Shown here one piece after another: positions 36,785 through 49,650 of a stretch of 64,000 nt of DNA. A program made the position numbers and the translations under genes. This stretch comes from Octopus sinensis (taxonomy: Eukaryota), in the NCBI RefSeq assembly GCF_006345805.1, contig NC_043002.1, forward strand, positions 117,552,001 through 117,616,000, in the 5' to 3' direction. The stretch's first letter is position 1, and every line of letters begins with the position of its first letter. The notes beneath the pieces were generated by a model, which saw only the letters and a list, made by a program, of their open reading frames with translations, made no database searches and was not told where the DNA came from.

Positions 36785-36977
36785 AATTCAAGAACTTCAA
36801 ATGGAGTTGGAATCTGTGATCCAGGAAAAGAAACAATTAGAAATGCTAATGACCGAACTTTCTGGAAATCTTCGTCAGGTGACTTCCAGGATCGATTCTC
36901 AACATTCAAAACTCTCAAATACTATTAGTGAAGTTATAATGACAACAAAACGATTGGAAAATGAACAGAGAGTGGCT
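36785..36977 (+). CDS. Coiled-coil protein exon
   Basis: Acceptor ggctag and donor GCT|gtacgt; 193 nt, phase 2 to 0; IQELQMELESVIQEKKQLEMLMTELSGNLRQV…. Confidence 0.85.
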
Positions 36978-37256
36978 GTACGTATCAAAGCTCTTGTTTG
37001 TTTGTTTATATATATATGTATATATTTTATTCATTCTCCTCTCGAAAAATAATTCAAATGTTTTCCTTAGTGTTGTATATAACAAACAACTTTCGTATAA
37101 TGTTTTAAGAAATAGGCATATACTTGAATGAGACATTAAATTAACAATCACAAGATAGTAGGTAAATTCGAAAATTATTGTACTATATTAACTGCTTTTA
37201 TATTTTCTTTCGGCATTTTTCTTTTTTTTTTTTCGTAATAATTTTAAATACAAAGT

Positions 37257-37422
37257 TAAGGCGGCGAGCCGGCAGAAGAGTTAGCTTGCCGAGGAAAACG
37301 CTTAGCGGCATTTCGTCCATCTACACGTTCTAAGTTCAAATTCCGCCGACGTCGACTTTGCCTCTCATCCTGTTGAAGTCGATAAAACATGCACCAGTTG
37401 AACACAGGTTGATGTAATCGAC
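37257..37422 (+). mobile_element. SINE family S3, cut by a MITE
   Basis: TAAGGCGGCGAGCCGGCAG…AAGTTCAAATTCCGCCGACGTCGAC. Confidence 0.75.
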
Positions 37423-37507
37423 GGCGGAGGTAAAGAATACGCCCGTTTTCGGTGTAACTCTAACCCTAGCCCTAAAGACTGGGTGTGCATATTCTTTACC
37501 TTTTGCC
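37423..37507. mobile_element. Short copy of the telomere-repeat MITE in the opposite orientation
   Basis: GGCGGAGGTAAAGAATACG…CATATTCTTTACCTTTTGCC; interior CTCTAACCCTAGCCCTAA. Confidence 0.7.
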
Positions 37508-37557
37508 GATTAACTATATATATATATGGATTAACTATATATATATATATATATACA

Positions 37558-37763
37558 TAGTTGTAATAATGAAGTCAAACCAAATAGTAATATTTTGAAA
37601 TAATTTAATACGTATGTTTCAGGTTTGCAACATATGATAAAAAATGCATCCATTACGTAGATCTTCTTCAGTTAAAGCATTTCAAAAATTATGCAAACTC
37701 AAAATCTACGTATTAAATGATTTCAGAATATCGCTATTTGGTTTGACTTAGTTATTACAACTA
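37558..37763 (-). mobile_element. Inverted-repeat-bracketed mini-element (57-bp arms) with hammerhead
   Basis: Arms 37558-37614 and 37707-37763; follows (TA)n. Confidence 0.75.
37604..37676 (-). ncRNA. Degenerate type I hammerhead motif
   Basis: Minus strand: stem I TTTAA/TTAAA; CTGAAGA; weak stem II; GAAAC-atac-GTA. Confidence 0.58.
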
Positions 37764-38052
37764 ATACGATTCGATGCTAATACAAACTGGCCAGTCTTGA
37801 CTCTGCTTATGCAGATATTCTAACAATGATTTAAAGTAGTTCATTACATTTGATGTGAGTTGAAAATTTTGGTATCATGCACTGCTTCTTAGCATAACTC
37901 AATATGCATACATATCCCCCACACACACACACACATTTGCATACATTATTTATTTCTGTATAATGATGACCATTTTGAAGTCTTCAATATTTTATCTGGT
38001 ACTGTGGGAAACGTGGTTATTTATTATATCATTTATCATTTCATTCTTACAG

Positions 38053-38129
38053 CAAGATGCTTTGAAAAAGTCTCTCCAAAACAGAACAGATCCTGCCTCA
38101 ACTTACCTAAGAGACCAAATTGAATCAAG
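38053..38129 (+). CDS. Coiled-coil protein exon ending in a GC donor
   Basis: Acceptor cattcttacag; QDALKKSLQNRTDPASTYLRDQIES; AG|GCGAGT donor, phase 0 to 2; read-through hits TAG three codons later. Confidence 0.8.
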
Positions 38130-38639
38130 GCGAGTCTAGAGTTTCTTTATTTTAAACCATTTTTTGTTTCTTTAAGATTTGATTCAACTGTGCAACTTCT
38201 GTCCACAAAATGGAAAAACAAACTGATCTATATGTCATTTCATATTTGGGAAATTATCAGGAGGAAGTACTATGTGTAATGGATTTTGAAAGGCTTTTAA
38301 AAGCTGTTTCACACATGAAATACAACTGAGTTGTATGTATTTTAAATGAGTAGGCATATAACCCTCATATTTAGTGGAGTTGAATTTATTATAGTAGTGA
38401 TGAAATATGACTTAGGAAAACAACCCAGCTTAGTAGTGATTATTCACCGAGTGTTAGTATTGGTTTTCCTTTCAAAATGAAGAATTATCTCAGATTCAGT
38501 CTGGAATGGGTACCTGTAAATGATACTATTTAGTCTTAGAGTAGTATATATTTACAGTTTGTAAAGAACTGAGTGTGCATATCTGTCTTATGTAATGAGT
38601 TGAGTGCTAGATATTGGTCTAAAACTGCATGCAGGATAA

Positions 38640-39520
38640 TAATAGCTGAGAAATAAGCAGGGCTTCAAGAAGATCTGTGAACTAGACGATTAAATAACCT
38701 GTGAATCAGAAATTTAGAAATGATCAAGAAACAAATTTAATTTACATTGGTTGACTTCAAAATTGTCAGTGACAAAGTACAGAGAGAATCAATGTGGACT
38801 ATCATAAAATTCACCGCACCTAATTGAATTACTGTGTAAACTATATAAAATAAGTACTTGTGTTGTTAAGAACAACAATGACTTCAAACAATCACCAGAA
38901 TTAAACAGGGCTGCCTATTCTCACTGAACACTTCAAGACAGATGCTCTGGTGAATTTTGAATTCACAGTGAACATTGGCTGAAGAATGACCCTCAGTTTT
39001 GCAGACGACATTGGTTTGTTAGATGATTCTAAAAACAAATTTTCTGATATCATGAGCAGGCTAGATATTGTTGCAAGTAAATATGGTATGAGAAATCAAC
39101 GATAAAAAAAAGTCAGGTCATAGTGACAGGAGAACAACACGCAGAGCAAACAATGATACCAACTTATACACAGTTCAAATCAATTACATGCAACTGGAAT
39201 CAATAGACACATCTGCTTATTTGCTCTCTCAAATCAACGAAGATTTAACATCAGAATTGCAGTGGCAATGGCATAGTTAGCAAAGATTAATATGATGATT
39301 TGGCAGCAAGAACATTGCAACAAATGACAAGCCAAAACTAATACAATCTTAAATAACTGCAGTTGTATTGTATGAATGTAGGACATGGATACACTAAACG
39401 AAAACTTTGAGATGAAATTGTCAGCATTTGAAATTAGATGCTTTTGCTTTCACAAAATTCTTAGTTTTACTTGAGAAACATTACTGGACCAACCTGTCAG
39501 TCTTAGATCAATTCAATGCA
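38640..39520 (+). mobile_element. Highly decayed RTE-like LINE RT fragment
   Basis: Disrupted motifs resembling VDFK…DKVQRESMW, QGCLFS, FADDIGL, LYECRTW and SAFEIRCF. Confidence 0.6.
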
Positions 39521-41361
39521 TCTAAAGCGGTATTGTATGTATATGGAAAAATGTATTGAAGACAGATCTGTTAAATGAATTCAAGATGGATAATAATAAA
39601 TGAATTCAGAGACAAATTACAATAGACTGCAAGAAAACATTTATTACAACTGCAGAAACTTTATAAAGTAAACTGGTAAGGCATTTCAGGTGTTTAAACA
39701 TTATAATTATTTAAATGTTTATCAAAATGTAGAATAGAGGTTAAAAAAACCTGAATACAGTGTCACAATAATTCTGGTTACTTCTGTTCAGAGGTTGATA
39801 GAAATGCTAAGCTTAACTTCAAAGATTCTGGCTTGAAATTTGTTCAGGCTGCGACCTGAAATTCAATTGTTTTCACGTCAAGCTCCCTGGTTGCTCGTAG
39901 CAAAAACTCACCTCTTTGGGGACTTAATGAGCCAGAACTTCCCATTTTAAAATTGACAAACAGACACCAGGCCAGTTTATCATGTTAAAGATGTGAATGG
40001 TCTAAGTAAAAGTAAATGGACCCTACTATCACGTGGTGAACCAAAATGGGAAATCAAAAATAAAAATCTACAATGCAAGCAGCTAAAGTTCCCAAGTGCT
40101 CATGCTGCTGCTACACATCAAATGAGAAAGAAACTAGCAGCAAAATGGGCAAAATTGCAGAAGCTCAGTTACACCAGTAGAATGATTGCGTCACATGCAA
40201 ATACAATTATATTTGGAAAAATAGAAGGTAGAAGGAAGAAGAGTACAACTGAGGAGAGACTTGCTCAATAAAGCTGAGACAATGACTGGGATGAAAACAT
40301 TGGAATGTACAAAGAAGGCCCAAGAATGAGAGGTGGAAAAATAATTCAGGTACAAAGACAGAAATGCTACGAGAATGATTTGACTTGTTTTGATATTTTA
40401 GTTCTGATACTGAAAAACAAATTCTATGATAAAATGTTTAAATGGAAAATGCATGGCTTTCATTAAATGCTATTAGAGATTAACTTAGTGTACATTTGTT
40501 ATGCATTTTAATAGCACTAATTCAAGATGTAAACTAGCAGCAAATCAACTGCGGTTCTCGAACTCTGTACCTATTTATCTATCATTTAGCAAGTGATTGG
40601 CGTTTCATTATCTTAAATTTGGCACTTCATGTTGAACCCTTAATAAAATAAACTATCGATAGCATTAAGTGACTGACAACCCCCGTGCGCTAACAGAACC
40701 CCATATTCATCACTTGATAAGCGATCGATGTATGAACTTCTCAGATTAGAATTTGTATGGATCAAATAGTACAGATAAAGTAACTGAAATGATTTAAAGG
40801 ATCCTACTTGAGAAGATACTGCAGCAAACACTCTGTAGCATATTTGTGTGAACTGTCAATTGTTAACATGAAATTTGCTTGATGATCTCAGGTGCTTTTC
40901 TTTCGTAAACAGATGCTTAACTGTAATAATATTTGTATTAAAATCTTATAATGTTGGAAGTATTTACTGAGATTGGGAGTATCATTATTGTAAGAATACT
41001 ATTGAATTAGAGAGTGCTGTTTGAGGAGAATAAATTGCGTAGATTATTTATTATGTATATGAATAGATGTGTTCCTATGAAAACAGGTAATGAAAGCAAT
41101 GGCTGCATGGTGAATGATGATAAGGTAGCTTGGATTTGAATGACTGTATGCAAAAGGATTCCAAAGGTGAAAATTCTTTGTTGTTCTGAAAATAGAAAGG
41201 ATGAGAACTTAGGAACCAATTGCTTCTCAAATATTTGTGTGTGTGTGCGTGTATGTATGTGTGTATATGTCTGTTTGTATTATATTATTTTCCTTAAACA
41301 TAGTGATATGAACAAAGCATCAGCTAAGTTCAGCACAGTAAAAAAAAATTATAATGATAAA

Positions 41362-41730
41362 AGAATAAGAAATCATGTCATGACCTGCATCAGCTTACAG
41401 CTGTTTCTGCTATGAGATGCAATGCACTGATAGTTGAGTGCTTCTGAGTCACCCAATAGCTTCATCAGAGCTTTAAAAATGAACTCCAAATTTATTTGAG
41501 AAACCATGCACATTTTTATATATAGACAAAAAATCATTACTATTAGAAAAAGCTTCGTTGGTAATGCTTTTCTGTATATATACGTAAATGCTTTCCCAAT
41601 TAAAATTGCACTTTATTTTTGAAACCCCAGTGACAGATCTATACACAAGCACTCAACTATGAGTGCACTGCATCTTATCGCTGAAATAAGTGTAAGCTAA
41701 AGAAGTTCATGCCATGATTTTTTATTCCCT
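41362..41730 (-). mobile_element. Older inverted-repeat-bracketed hammerhead mini-element with diverged arms
   Basis: 41362-41445 is the reverse complement of about 41645-41730, with many substitutions. Confidence 0.65.
41392..41472 (-). ncRNA. Type I hammerhead motif
   Basis: Minus strand: stem I AGCT/AGCT; CTGATGA; stem II GCTAT/ATAGC with inner GCACT/AGTGC, one extra A on each side at its base; GAAAC-AGCT-GTA, giving a palindromic stem III. Confidence 0.72.
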
Positions 41731-41799
41731 TGTCATTTAATTTCTTATCTGTCTATCTATCTTTCTATCTATCTATCTCTCTGTCTATCTATCTATCTA

Positions 41800-41851
<52 letters not shown>

Positions 41852-42012
41852 ATCATGTAAGGCTGGAGATAGGAGCAATGACCTCCCTTGCAAACACTGT
41901 ACGGACACAGGCTGTGTGTTGATAGCCAGCTGGAAAAGATGTTTACCTGGAGCTTAAACAACAGTAAAATCGTCCTTTATAGGACAGTTACATTCTGTTG
42001 GCAAATAAAATT

Positions 42013-42082
<70 letters not shown>

Positions 42083-42088
42083 ATTAAG

Positions 42089-43790
42089 AAATGGAGTCAA
42101 ACGCAGGTGTTATTCAAATCATTTATACTTCCAACATATGTTTCAAAAAAGCATTGAGATTATTCTGGGGGGAATCAAAATGATGGAAAACAGTGCAATC
42201 ATCTCATCAGGGAAAAAAAGGAACAAAACACATCAATTAGCTATTTTAACTGAATGTAATTACCTCATATGTAAGTATATGATGTAAGAAGAATGCTAGC
42301 AAGTTATTTTTTAAAAAAACCATTAATAAATTTAATGTCAAAGGTAATTTATAGAAAGAGAAAGAGGAGAAAGAAAGAAATTGACAGAAAATTAAGAGTG
42401 GAAAAATATAGTGGGATAGATGAATGGGAATAAAGTTTAAAAGTATGGGAATAGATATATGTGGTGGAAATGAATTCAGTTAAAGGTCAAATTTTATAGA
42501 TTGGTAGAAATTACTTATAGGAACTAAAGGTATGTTTCAGCCAATGTTTTCAACAATAAACATATTCTTTAAACGTGTTTACAAGAGTATTCTCCAAGAA
42601 AAGGATAAAAAATTGCTCTTCATTATAGAGCAGACAAAAAGATTTACCTTTGTCATATTGGGAAAGATCTAGATAGAATTTTCCATTCCAAACCGTATTG
42701 TTTATTATGTTCCTTTAGAGACCAAATTAATTTATTAAGCTCAGTATTGTTGCATTTATTGATATGTCTAAATGTAGATTAATGGTTAGATATTCTTTTT
42801 GACAATTAAGACGAAGAGCTACCTATATAAAAAAAGACATCAGAACCGGAAGTAATTTTACATTGTTAAACATAGTTTCTAGTCTTAGAATTACTACTAA
42901 GGAAACAAATTTGATTCAAATTTATATCAGAAATATTAATATTTTTGTTATTGTTGTTCAAAGAATAGTTAGCATTAATGATATCACTGTTATTATTTTC
43001 ATTAAGTGGATTTGTATTTAATAACTTATGGTTATGTGAAAAAATGATTTGTGAAAGGTTTTTGGTGTTTCAAAAACCTATCCTAATTTGGTATGAATTG
43101 ATTATGGAATGGTATCTGGAATTTTTCGGAAAATTCTTACCTATAGCTTCACAAACTGATAAGGGAGGTTGGATTTGATCTGCTTATCAAATGGAATAAT
43201 CAACCAAATTGTTTTACTATAACCCACCTTGTTATTTGGGTAATTATCTTTAAAAGTTCTAGACTTATTTTTATTACATATAAAGGGAAATAAAGAACGG
43301 TTATCTCCCTTGTGCTGCAAAATTACATTTTTTGATTTATTGTTTTTATTCAAACTAAAATCTATATTGTTATTACCGTTATGATGTGTTTTCATCTCCT
43401 GATTAATATTGTCAATAGGGTTAATATACGTAGTTTTTTTTTCTTTATACCTGCTTTAAGTAAGGCAGAGTTATAAAATTCGGCTTTATCATTAAAGTTA
43501 TCAACATCAGCAGATAATCTAGAAAGACTAAATCAAATATTTCTAAGTTTCTTGTAATAGTCTTTGGATGATTACTGAAAGAGCTAATATATTTTAAATT
43601 AGTCGAGGATTTATGGTATGGGAAATGTGAATCATTATATAAGTTAAGGGTAATATCCAAAAACTTGGCTTTAGTTATATCATCATCGAAAATAATGTTT
43701 AAGCCCATGTTTCGGAAAAATTTAACCAACCTATTTTTAACCCTTTGTATTTATTGGTTAGAAAATGTTTTGCCCAGTTGGCTCGCTGAG
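42089..43790 (-). mobile_element. Decayed Penelope-like element (PLE4, same family as PLE3)
   Basis: AKFLDITLNL…YHKSSTNLKYISSFSNHPKTI (RT C-terminal region); 3' tail homologous to 19749-19900. Confidence 0.72.
42129..42214 (-). ncRNA. Decayed hammerhead, homolog of 19783-19868
   Basis: TTCC/GGAA stem I; CTGATGA; stem II eroded; GAAAC-atat-GTT. Confidence 0.55.
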
Positions 43791-45412
43791 GGATGATGTT
43801 GCTACGTTCTCCTTAAGGGAAATTAAGTAAACACATAAGGTTAGAAAATTCATTTATTGAAATATATAAGAAGACTAAACAAGCAAAGCAGAAATCATAT
43901 AGATTTGTCATTCACAAAGAAATTAAACCTTACATTTAATATATACATGCACGCATGCACATGCACAAGTGTGTGGGTGTATGTATAATACTTTTGGTAA
44001 GTATTTTAATGCATAGAAATGAATCATAGCATAGCAACAAAAGCTATAATGAGTCGTTTCTGAGCTTTTGAAAATACAGTATTATGAGAAATCTTTGCAG
44101 GATTGACCTTGTCTTTCATCTCTCTAATTCTGGCCTAAAGCCTGGTTCATACATCAAGGAGTAAAATGAATCAGATGAAGAGAAAGATCTAGGCTATAAA
44201 CAATATAGAAAGAATATAGACCACAACTATGGGGAGTTTGAAAGAAAAGCACAGAATAGCCAAGGCTAACGAAACAGCATGGAGGATGCAAAGGCATCAA
44301 GTGATATAGATGGAAACAGGGACAATAATAGGTACAATGTCAGTAAAGCTTCTGAACTGAGATCCATTGTTTTGTTATTCTATCCTATGCCAAAACAGGT
44401 TTGATATTGTTATACCAACACAATAACATAATAAACAAGACACCTTTGTGTTGCAACATCAAAGAAATGATGTCAAGGACTGAACAAAGAGATGCGTATG
44501 ATATCAGTCAAATCACATTTTGTTCAGTCGAGCATGAGAATATAAAATATATGTCAAAGTGATGATGCAGCTTGTATCTGAAATACATCAATATTTCACA
44601 GTGAGATGTACTGGACAGTGTGACATCCAATTTGATCAATACAAGTGTATTTTGAGGGCTTGTAACATAGATACAAGACCATACATTTGGTGGGATGAGG
44701 GGTTAACTTAATTGTATTGATCCCAGTACTTTGCTGATACTTATTCAATCGACTTTCTGAAAGAATGAAAGACAAAGTAAACTTCAGTGGAATTTGGAAT
44801 CAAAATGTAAAAATATGTAAATATATACAATGTGGCATTTTTACAGTTGTTATAAAAGTGATTCGATGCTACCCTTAAATGGGATTTTGTCCACTGCTCT
44901 GCTAATTCTACTAGTTCACAAATTTTACATAGATAAATTTGCTGTCTATATTAGATTAGGTTTCATGTTTCATTAGTCAGGTCCATGGCCAAAGACGGTT
45001 ATGAGGATGGTTACTGAGAGCCCTGGTATGTTCGGATGGCACAGACACACACACGCGCATATGCACATAAACAAATGATATATATATATATATATAATAG
45101 CCATTATTTTAACTAGTTATATCTAATTATCATCTGAAGAGACACATCTACACTGACGGGTGCCCCTAAACCACTTGTTAAGCATCCCATCCATGAGGGA
45201 TCTATGCTTAATTGTAGTAATTAATAAAAATTCTCATATCTTCTATCTTCTGTTTCTCTTTAATCAGATGTATGTGTGCATGTGTTTCTTTGTAATTATG
45301 GATAACTGAAATGTGCATTAAGGTAAATCTATTTTTTTAGCCAACGCTAACGCAAAAAATGAATGCACAGCTCTACTTCTACATTTGATGTGTTGTATTC
45401 GATTTTATTGAA

Positions 45413-47905
45413 TACTAGCTGACATACCCAGTAATTCCCAGAAAAGCAGGGCTTATCCCTTGGTTCCATTCTCATAATTGTTTCACTAATCCAATAACAA
45501 CAATGCAATGTGTATAGCTCTTAAAACGGTTTATGTGCATTTACAGAGAACTGAACTGTCTTATGTAGAATCTTGATTTTAGTAAATCCCAATAAGTTAT
45601 AAGTACCCAAATTGTGAAGTCATACATAATAACATGAAATTAGTTACCCAATAGTAAGAATTCAAATAAAGTAGCCCCCAAAAGGGCTTTAATATGTTCC
45701 CAGAGTATATAGAACTTAGGAGGAAATACCAATAAGTATGTATACCAAACTCATGAAGCATGTTCTGTAATAACAGGCTAATCAGATATGAGATAAAAAC
45801 AATTCAAAGCAAATAACTCTGAAAAGGGCTTTTGTGCATTCCCAGAGAATATAACCCTTAGGGGTTCTAGTGTTGAAAAAGATTTACAATGAATGTAGAA
45901 ACAGACTGACATTTAGTTTTACAGTTAACATACAAATAAATTTGCATGGAGATTTAAAAATGAAATAACATGTAGATTTTCAGTACATTTACAACACTTA
46001 CAAATATTACAGGTAAATAATAAACACCTGATGGTTTGGTGAATCTTATTTAGTTTGCAGAGCTTCTTGATAAACAAAATTTCTGGTCTTTCCTTGTGGG
46101 GCATAAATAAATAAATGATTAGGATTGCCGACTCTTGAGCACCCCACATAAAGTTGGCCATGGGAGAAAACTGGTTCCACAAGGTTCAGACTTACCACAT
46201 CCGAAGACTGCCCCTGGGCTTTGTTAATGCTCATTGCAAAGCTCAATTTCAATGGGAATTGCTGATGCTTGTACTGGAAAGGCATATCCAAGGGAATAAG
46301 TGGATTTCTAGGACTGAATACAGGCTCACCACTTGCTTTACCAGTGAAAATTGCTGTCTTCAAGACTGTTGTTATCTTCTGTATTATAAGTCATGTGCCA
46401 TTGCAAAGCTTTGGTGGATCAAGGTTTCAAAACAGCATAACTGGTTCCCCGATCTTGAGGTACAAGTTGTGAGGTGGGAGGCCGGGTGGTGTTAGACTAT
46501 TCAAGAATTCAACTGGATAAGTCACAGCTTCATTGACATTGAGTACAGTGTCAATGAAATTGTAGATGTGACACTCACTTGGCAACTGTTTGAGAAGTTT
46601 GATGTTAAAATGGAGTTAAAATGGCATGGGTTTTCAGCCAGTTGTTGTCTGTAAACTGATTACTAAGGTTAGAAAGCACCTTATTCATTAGTTCCTTTAA
46701 ATCAGATACCATATATCCAAAAGGCAAGCTTACCTGGCCCCTCTTCATGCCAACCAAAGTGCCATCACCGACGTCCAACAGTTGCTTTGAAAAGGTTCTG
46801 TCTGCATCATCACCACTGAGCTACAGTCTCATGCTGGTTGTGAATCTTTGCTTTTACACACTGCTCCATAGGTAGGACAACTTTATACTGGCATTTACCT
46901 CATCAGCTCTTGTCCCCTTTGGAATCATGGGAAGAGTTTATCTAAAGCCTCCTGCATGCAAGACTGTGGCACTTCCCACGAGCTTGGTGTTGTATCTCAG
47001 ATCCTGAAGGAACATGTCAAGAGCTTCAAAGGAAACCTTATGGCTCATTGTCTCCTCATCCCAGATGATGAACCTGCATTCACCCAGAAGTTTGCCTTTT
47101 ATAGAACCTCGACTGATGTTGCAGTTTGCCTTCTCTTTCTTAGACAGGTTCAACAGGAGTTTGAAACAAGGATGAGCTGCACAGCCACCACTTGATGCCA
47201 CTGCAATGGCAATGTGTTTCATTTGGCACAGTTTAGCCAGAAGAAGATTGATGACAAATCTCTTGTCAGTTCCACCTGAATCATCCAGAAAGAAAAGACC
47301 TCCTTTTTCACGTTCAATGCTCAAAATAATGGTCTTATAAACACCCAGTGGGTCTTCCATCTGTTTGTGTTTGCAGTCAGCTATTTCCACCGTCATTTCC
47401 TTGATGTCATCGCTGATTTCTCGCAGGTACTCAATTGTGAGATTGTTTGCTAGCTGTTCCAGTTGAGGCAAACCAAATGTGGCTCTGCCTTGACCTCCTA
47501 TAGCTTGCACTCAGGTGTCCAGGTCAAGTAATGCCTCATTATAATGGCGTTATTGAATGTAGCAATTGCCACTGAGGTTTGCCTTTGAATCATTTGTAGG
47601 ATGTCCTCTGCCATGCTGGGTTTGTGGGTCACCCAAAGCTTGAGAAGTTCACCCAAGCCACATGTCATCACCATGATAGAAAATAGCTAGCACAGTTGAC
47701 TTGGTGTCCTGCTGACTGCTGCCTCCTCCAGTGTCTGGTCCCAGTGAGCATCATCCTCCAGTAGTTCATGTTTGGCTCAGGCTTCTCTGTTGTGTCTTCA
47801 AAGGTCTGACAGTGTGCAGCAGTAGATGCAGAAAGAAGCACTCCTGCTGATGAGGGTGCACAGTGTACACCTGCTCGATAGCCCCATTTCTGAAGACAGC
47901 ATGTT
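45413..47905 (-). mobile_element. Helitron RepHel relic, 5'-truncated and frameshifted
   Basis: VYTVHPHQQECFFLHLLLHTV; LLEDDAHWDQTLEEAAV; Pif1 helicase motifs FFLDDSGGTDK, IIWDE, QFPLKLSFAMSINKAQGQS, FSHGQLYVGCSRV; 3' end …GTCAGCTAG|T at 45414-45417 on the minus strand. Confidence 0.9.
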
Positions 47906-47913
47906 CTTCCCAA

Positions 47914-48186
47914 CCCATATGGCATAGTGGTTAAGAGTACGGGCTACTAACCCCAAGATTCTGAGTTCAACTCCAGGCAGTGGTCTGAATAATAATAATA
48001 ATAACGTTGAAAAATACCTTAAGAATGAGAACCTAGGTTCGAAATTTCTCCAAGACACCTGATGAAGGCTGGAGAGTATATCAGCGGAAACGTTGTGTTA
48101 ACAACAAACAAGATGAGGACAGATATCTGTCAAATGTAAATAATGTAAATAATGTACATAATTCCTCATCTCTTAAATATAGAACT
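47914..48186 (+). mobile_element. Chimeric element: tRNA-derived Pol III head + (AAT)n + hammerhead-bearing tail
   Basis: A box TGGCATAGTGG at 47920-47930; anticodon-like arm GGG-CTACTAA-CCC; B box GAGTTCAACTCC at 47963-47974; (AAT)n; hammerhead at 48055-48098. Confidence 0.78.
48055..48098 (+). ncRNA. Minimal type I hammerhead
   Basis: Stem I ACAC/GTGT; CTGATGA plus A; stem II GGCTG/CAGCG (basal pair mismatched); GAAAC-GTT, giving a loop-less palindromic stem III AACGTT. Confidence 0.8.
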
Positions 48187-48479
48187 TTATTGATAAACTT
48201 CCTTTTGATAAACTGTCATTTGAAGTTTCATGAAGGTGAAAGAAAAATTTAATAATAACTGATAGTACTAAAATTTGGCTATAAGATACTTTAACAAAAG
48301 TAGAAAAGGAGGAAAAAGAAGAAAAAAGGGTAACTATTGTGATGATGTCAGGATCAGAGAAAAATGCTAAATAAAATTTTAAACCTGCTATTTTCCCAGC
48401 TAAATGCTAGATTCAAAAATTTTCTGCTAAATGCTGAAAAAAAATGCTAGATCTAGCATAAAATATGCTAAATTGGCAA

Positions 48480-49650
48480 TCGTGATGAAGAGAGGAAATG
48501 GAGGAAGGAGACTGATAAGCATGGAAGACTGTACGTAGCGAACTCAGGAGCTTATTTATATGCCTATCCCAAAGTAAGGAAACCTTGCTAGAGTTAGTTA
48601 AGGATGAGGGATTATTGAAAATAGAGAAAAAGGGAAAACCAAAACAAGAAGTACAAAAAGGACATGAAGAAGCAGTACACAACAAGGGACTACACAATCA
48701 ATTCCATGTTGCCACAACTGAAGTTGCTGGAAAAAATAGATGGGACTGGCTGAAGAAAGGTAGCACTGAAAAAAGAGACTGAGAGCACCATACTGGCAGT
48801 GCAAGACCAGGGGACAACCTTAGGAATGAGCAATTATCTCCACTATGCTGCATCTTTAATAGTGGTCGAGATAATTGCCCATATCATGAGCAAATGTCCT
48901 AGATTTGATAAAAACCATAAGTTGTGGCAACATAATGATGTCACGAAAGTGCTACATTGGAAACTATGTAAAAAGTGGGGTCTATAGAAAGACAAGATGT
49001 GGTGTGAGCACAAACCGTAGAGAGTGGCGGAGTCAGGGACCTGCAAAATCCTGTGGGATTTCCCAATCCAAACAGATCCTTTTCTTTTCTAGGTGCAAGG
49101 CCTGAAATTTTGGGGGAGGGGGCCAGTCGATTAGATCGATCCCAATAAACAACTTGTACTTAATTTATCGACCCCGAAGGGATGAAAGGCAAAGTCGACC
49201 TCGGTGGAATTTGAACTCAGAACGTAAAGACAGACAAAATACCAGAACGTAAAGACAGACAAAATACCGCTAAGCATTTTGCCCAGCATGCTAACGTTTC
49301 TGCCAGCTCAATCAGATGCTAAAGCATATCAAGCCAGACCTAGTGGTGGTGGACAAGGTTTAACCACATGCAATATAATTGACATTGTGTCCCCTTTGAC
49401 CCACAAGTAGTCAAGAAGGAAGGCAAAAAAATTAGACATATGCAATCCTCCAATGTACAAAGTGGGAAATAAAGAAGGTGAAGATAGTGCCACTTATTGT
49501 TGAGTCCTTGGGAACAATATCAGAAGGTGTGAAGAGGAAGATAAAGGGAATTGGAATAGAGTACCCATAAGGGCTGTTACAAAAGGTTTGCCCCCTTGAC
49601 ACGGCCAGAATAATCAGGAAAGTATTAGATAGTTGAAAAGAGCAGATAGC
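48480..49650 (+). mobile_element. Decayed R4/Dong-like 3' fragment of a third family, interrupted by a SINE
   Basis: KGLHNQF…WDWLKKG, IIAHIMSKCP, HNDVTKVLHWKLCKKWG, ILWDFPIQTD, PDLVVVDK. Confidence 0.7.
49088..49309 (-). mobile_element. SINE family S3 with an internal 25-bp tandem duplication
   Basis: CAGAACGTAAAGACAGACAAAATAC occurs twice. Confidence 0.8.
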
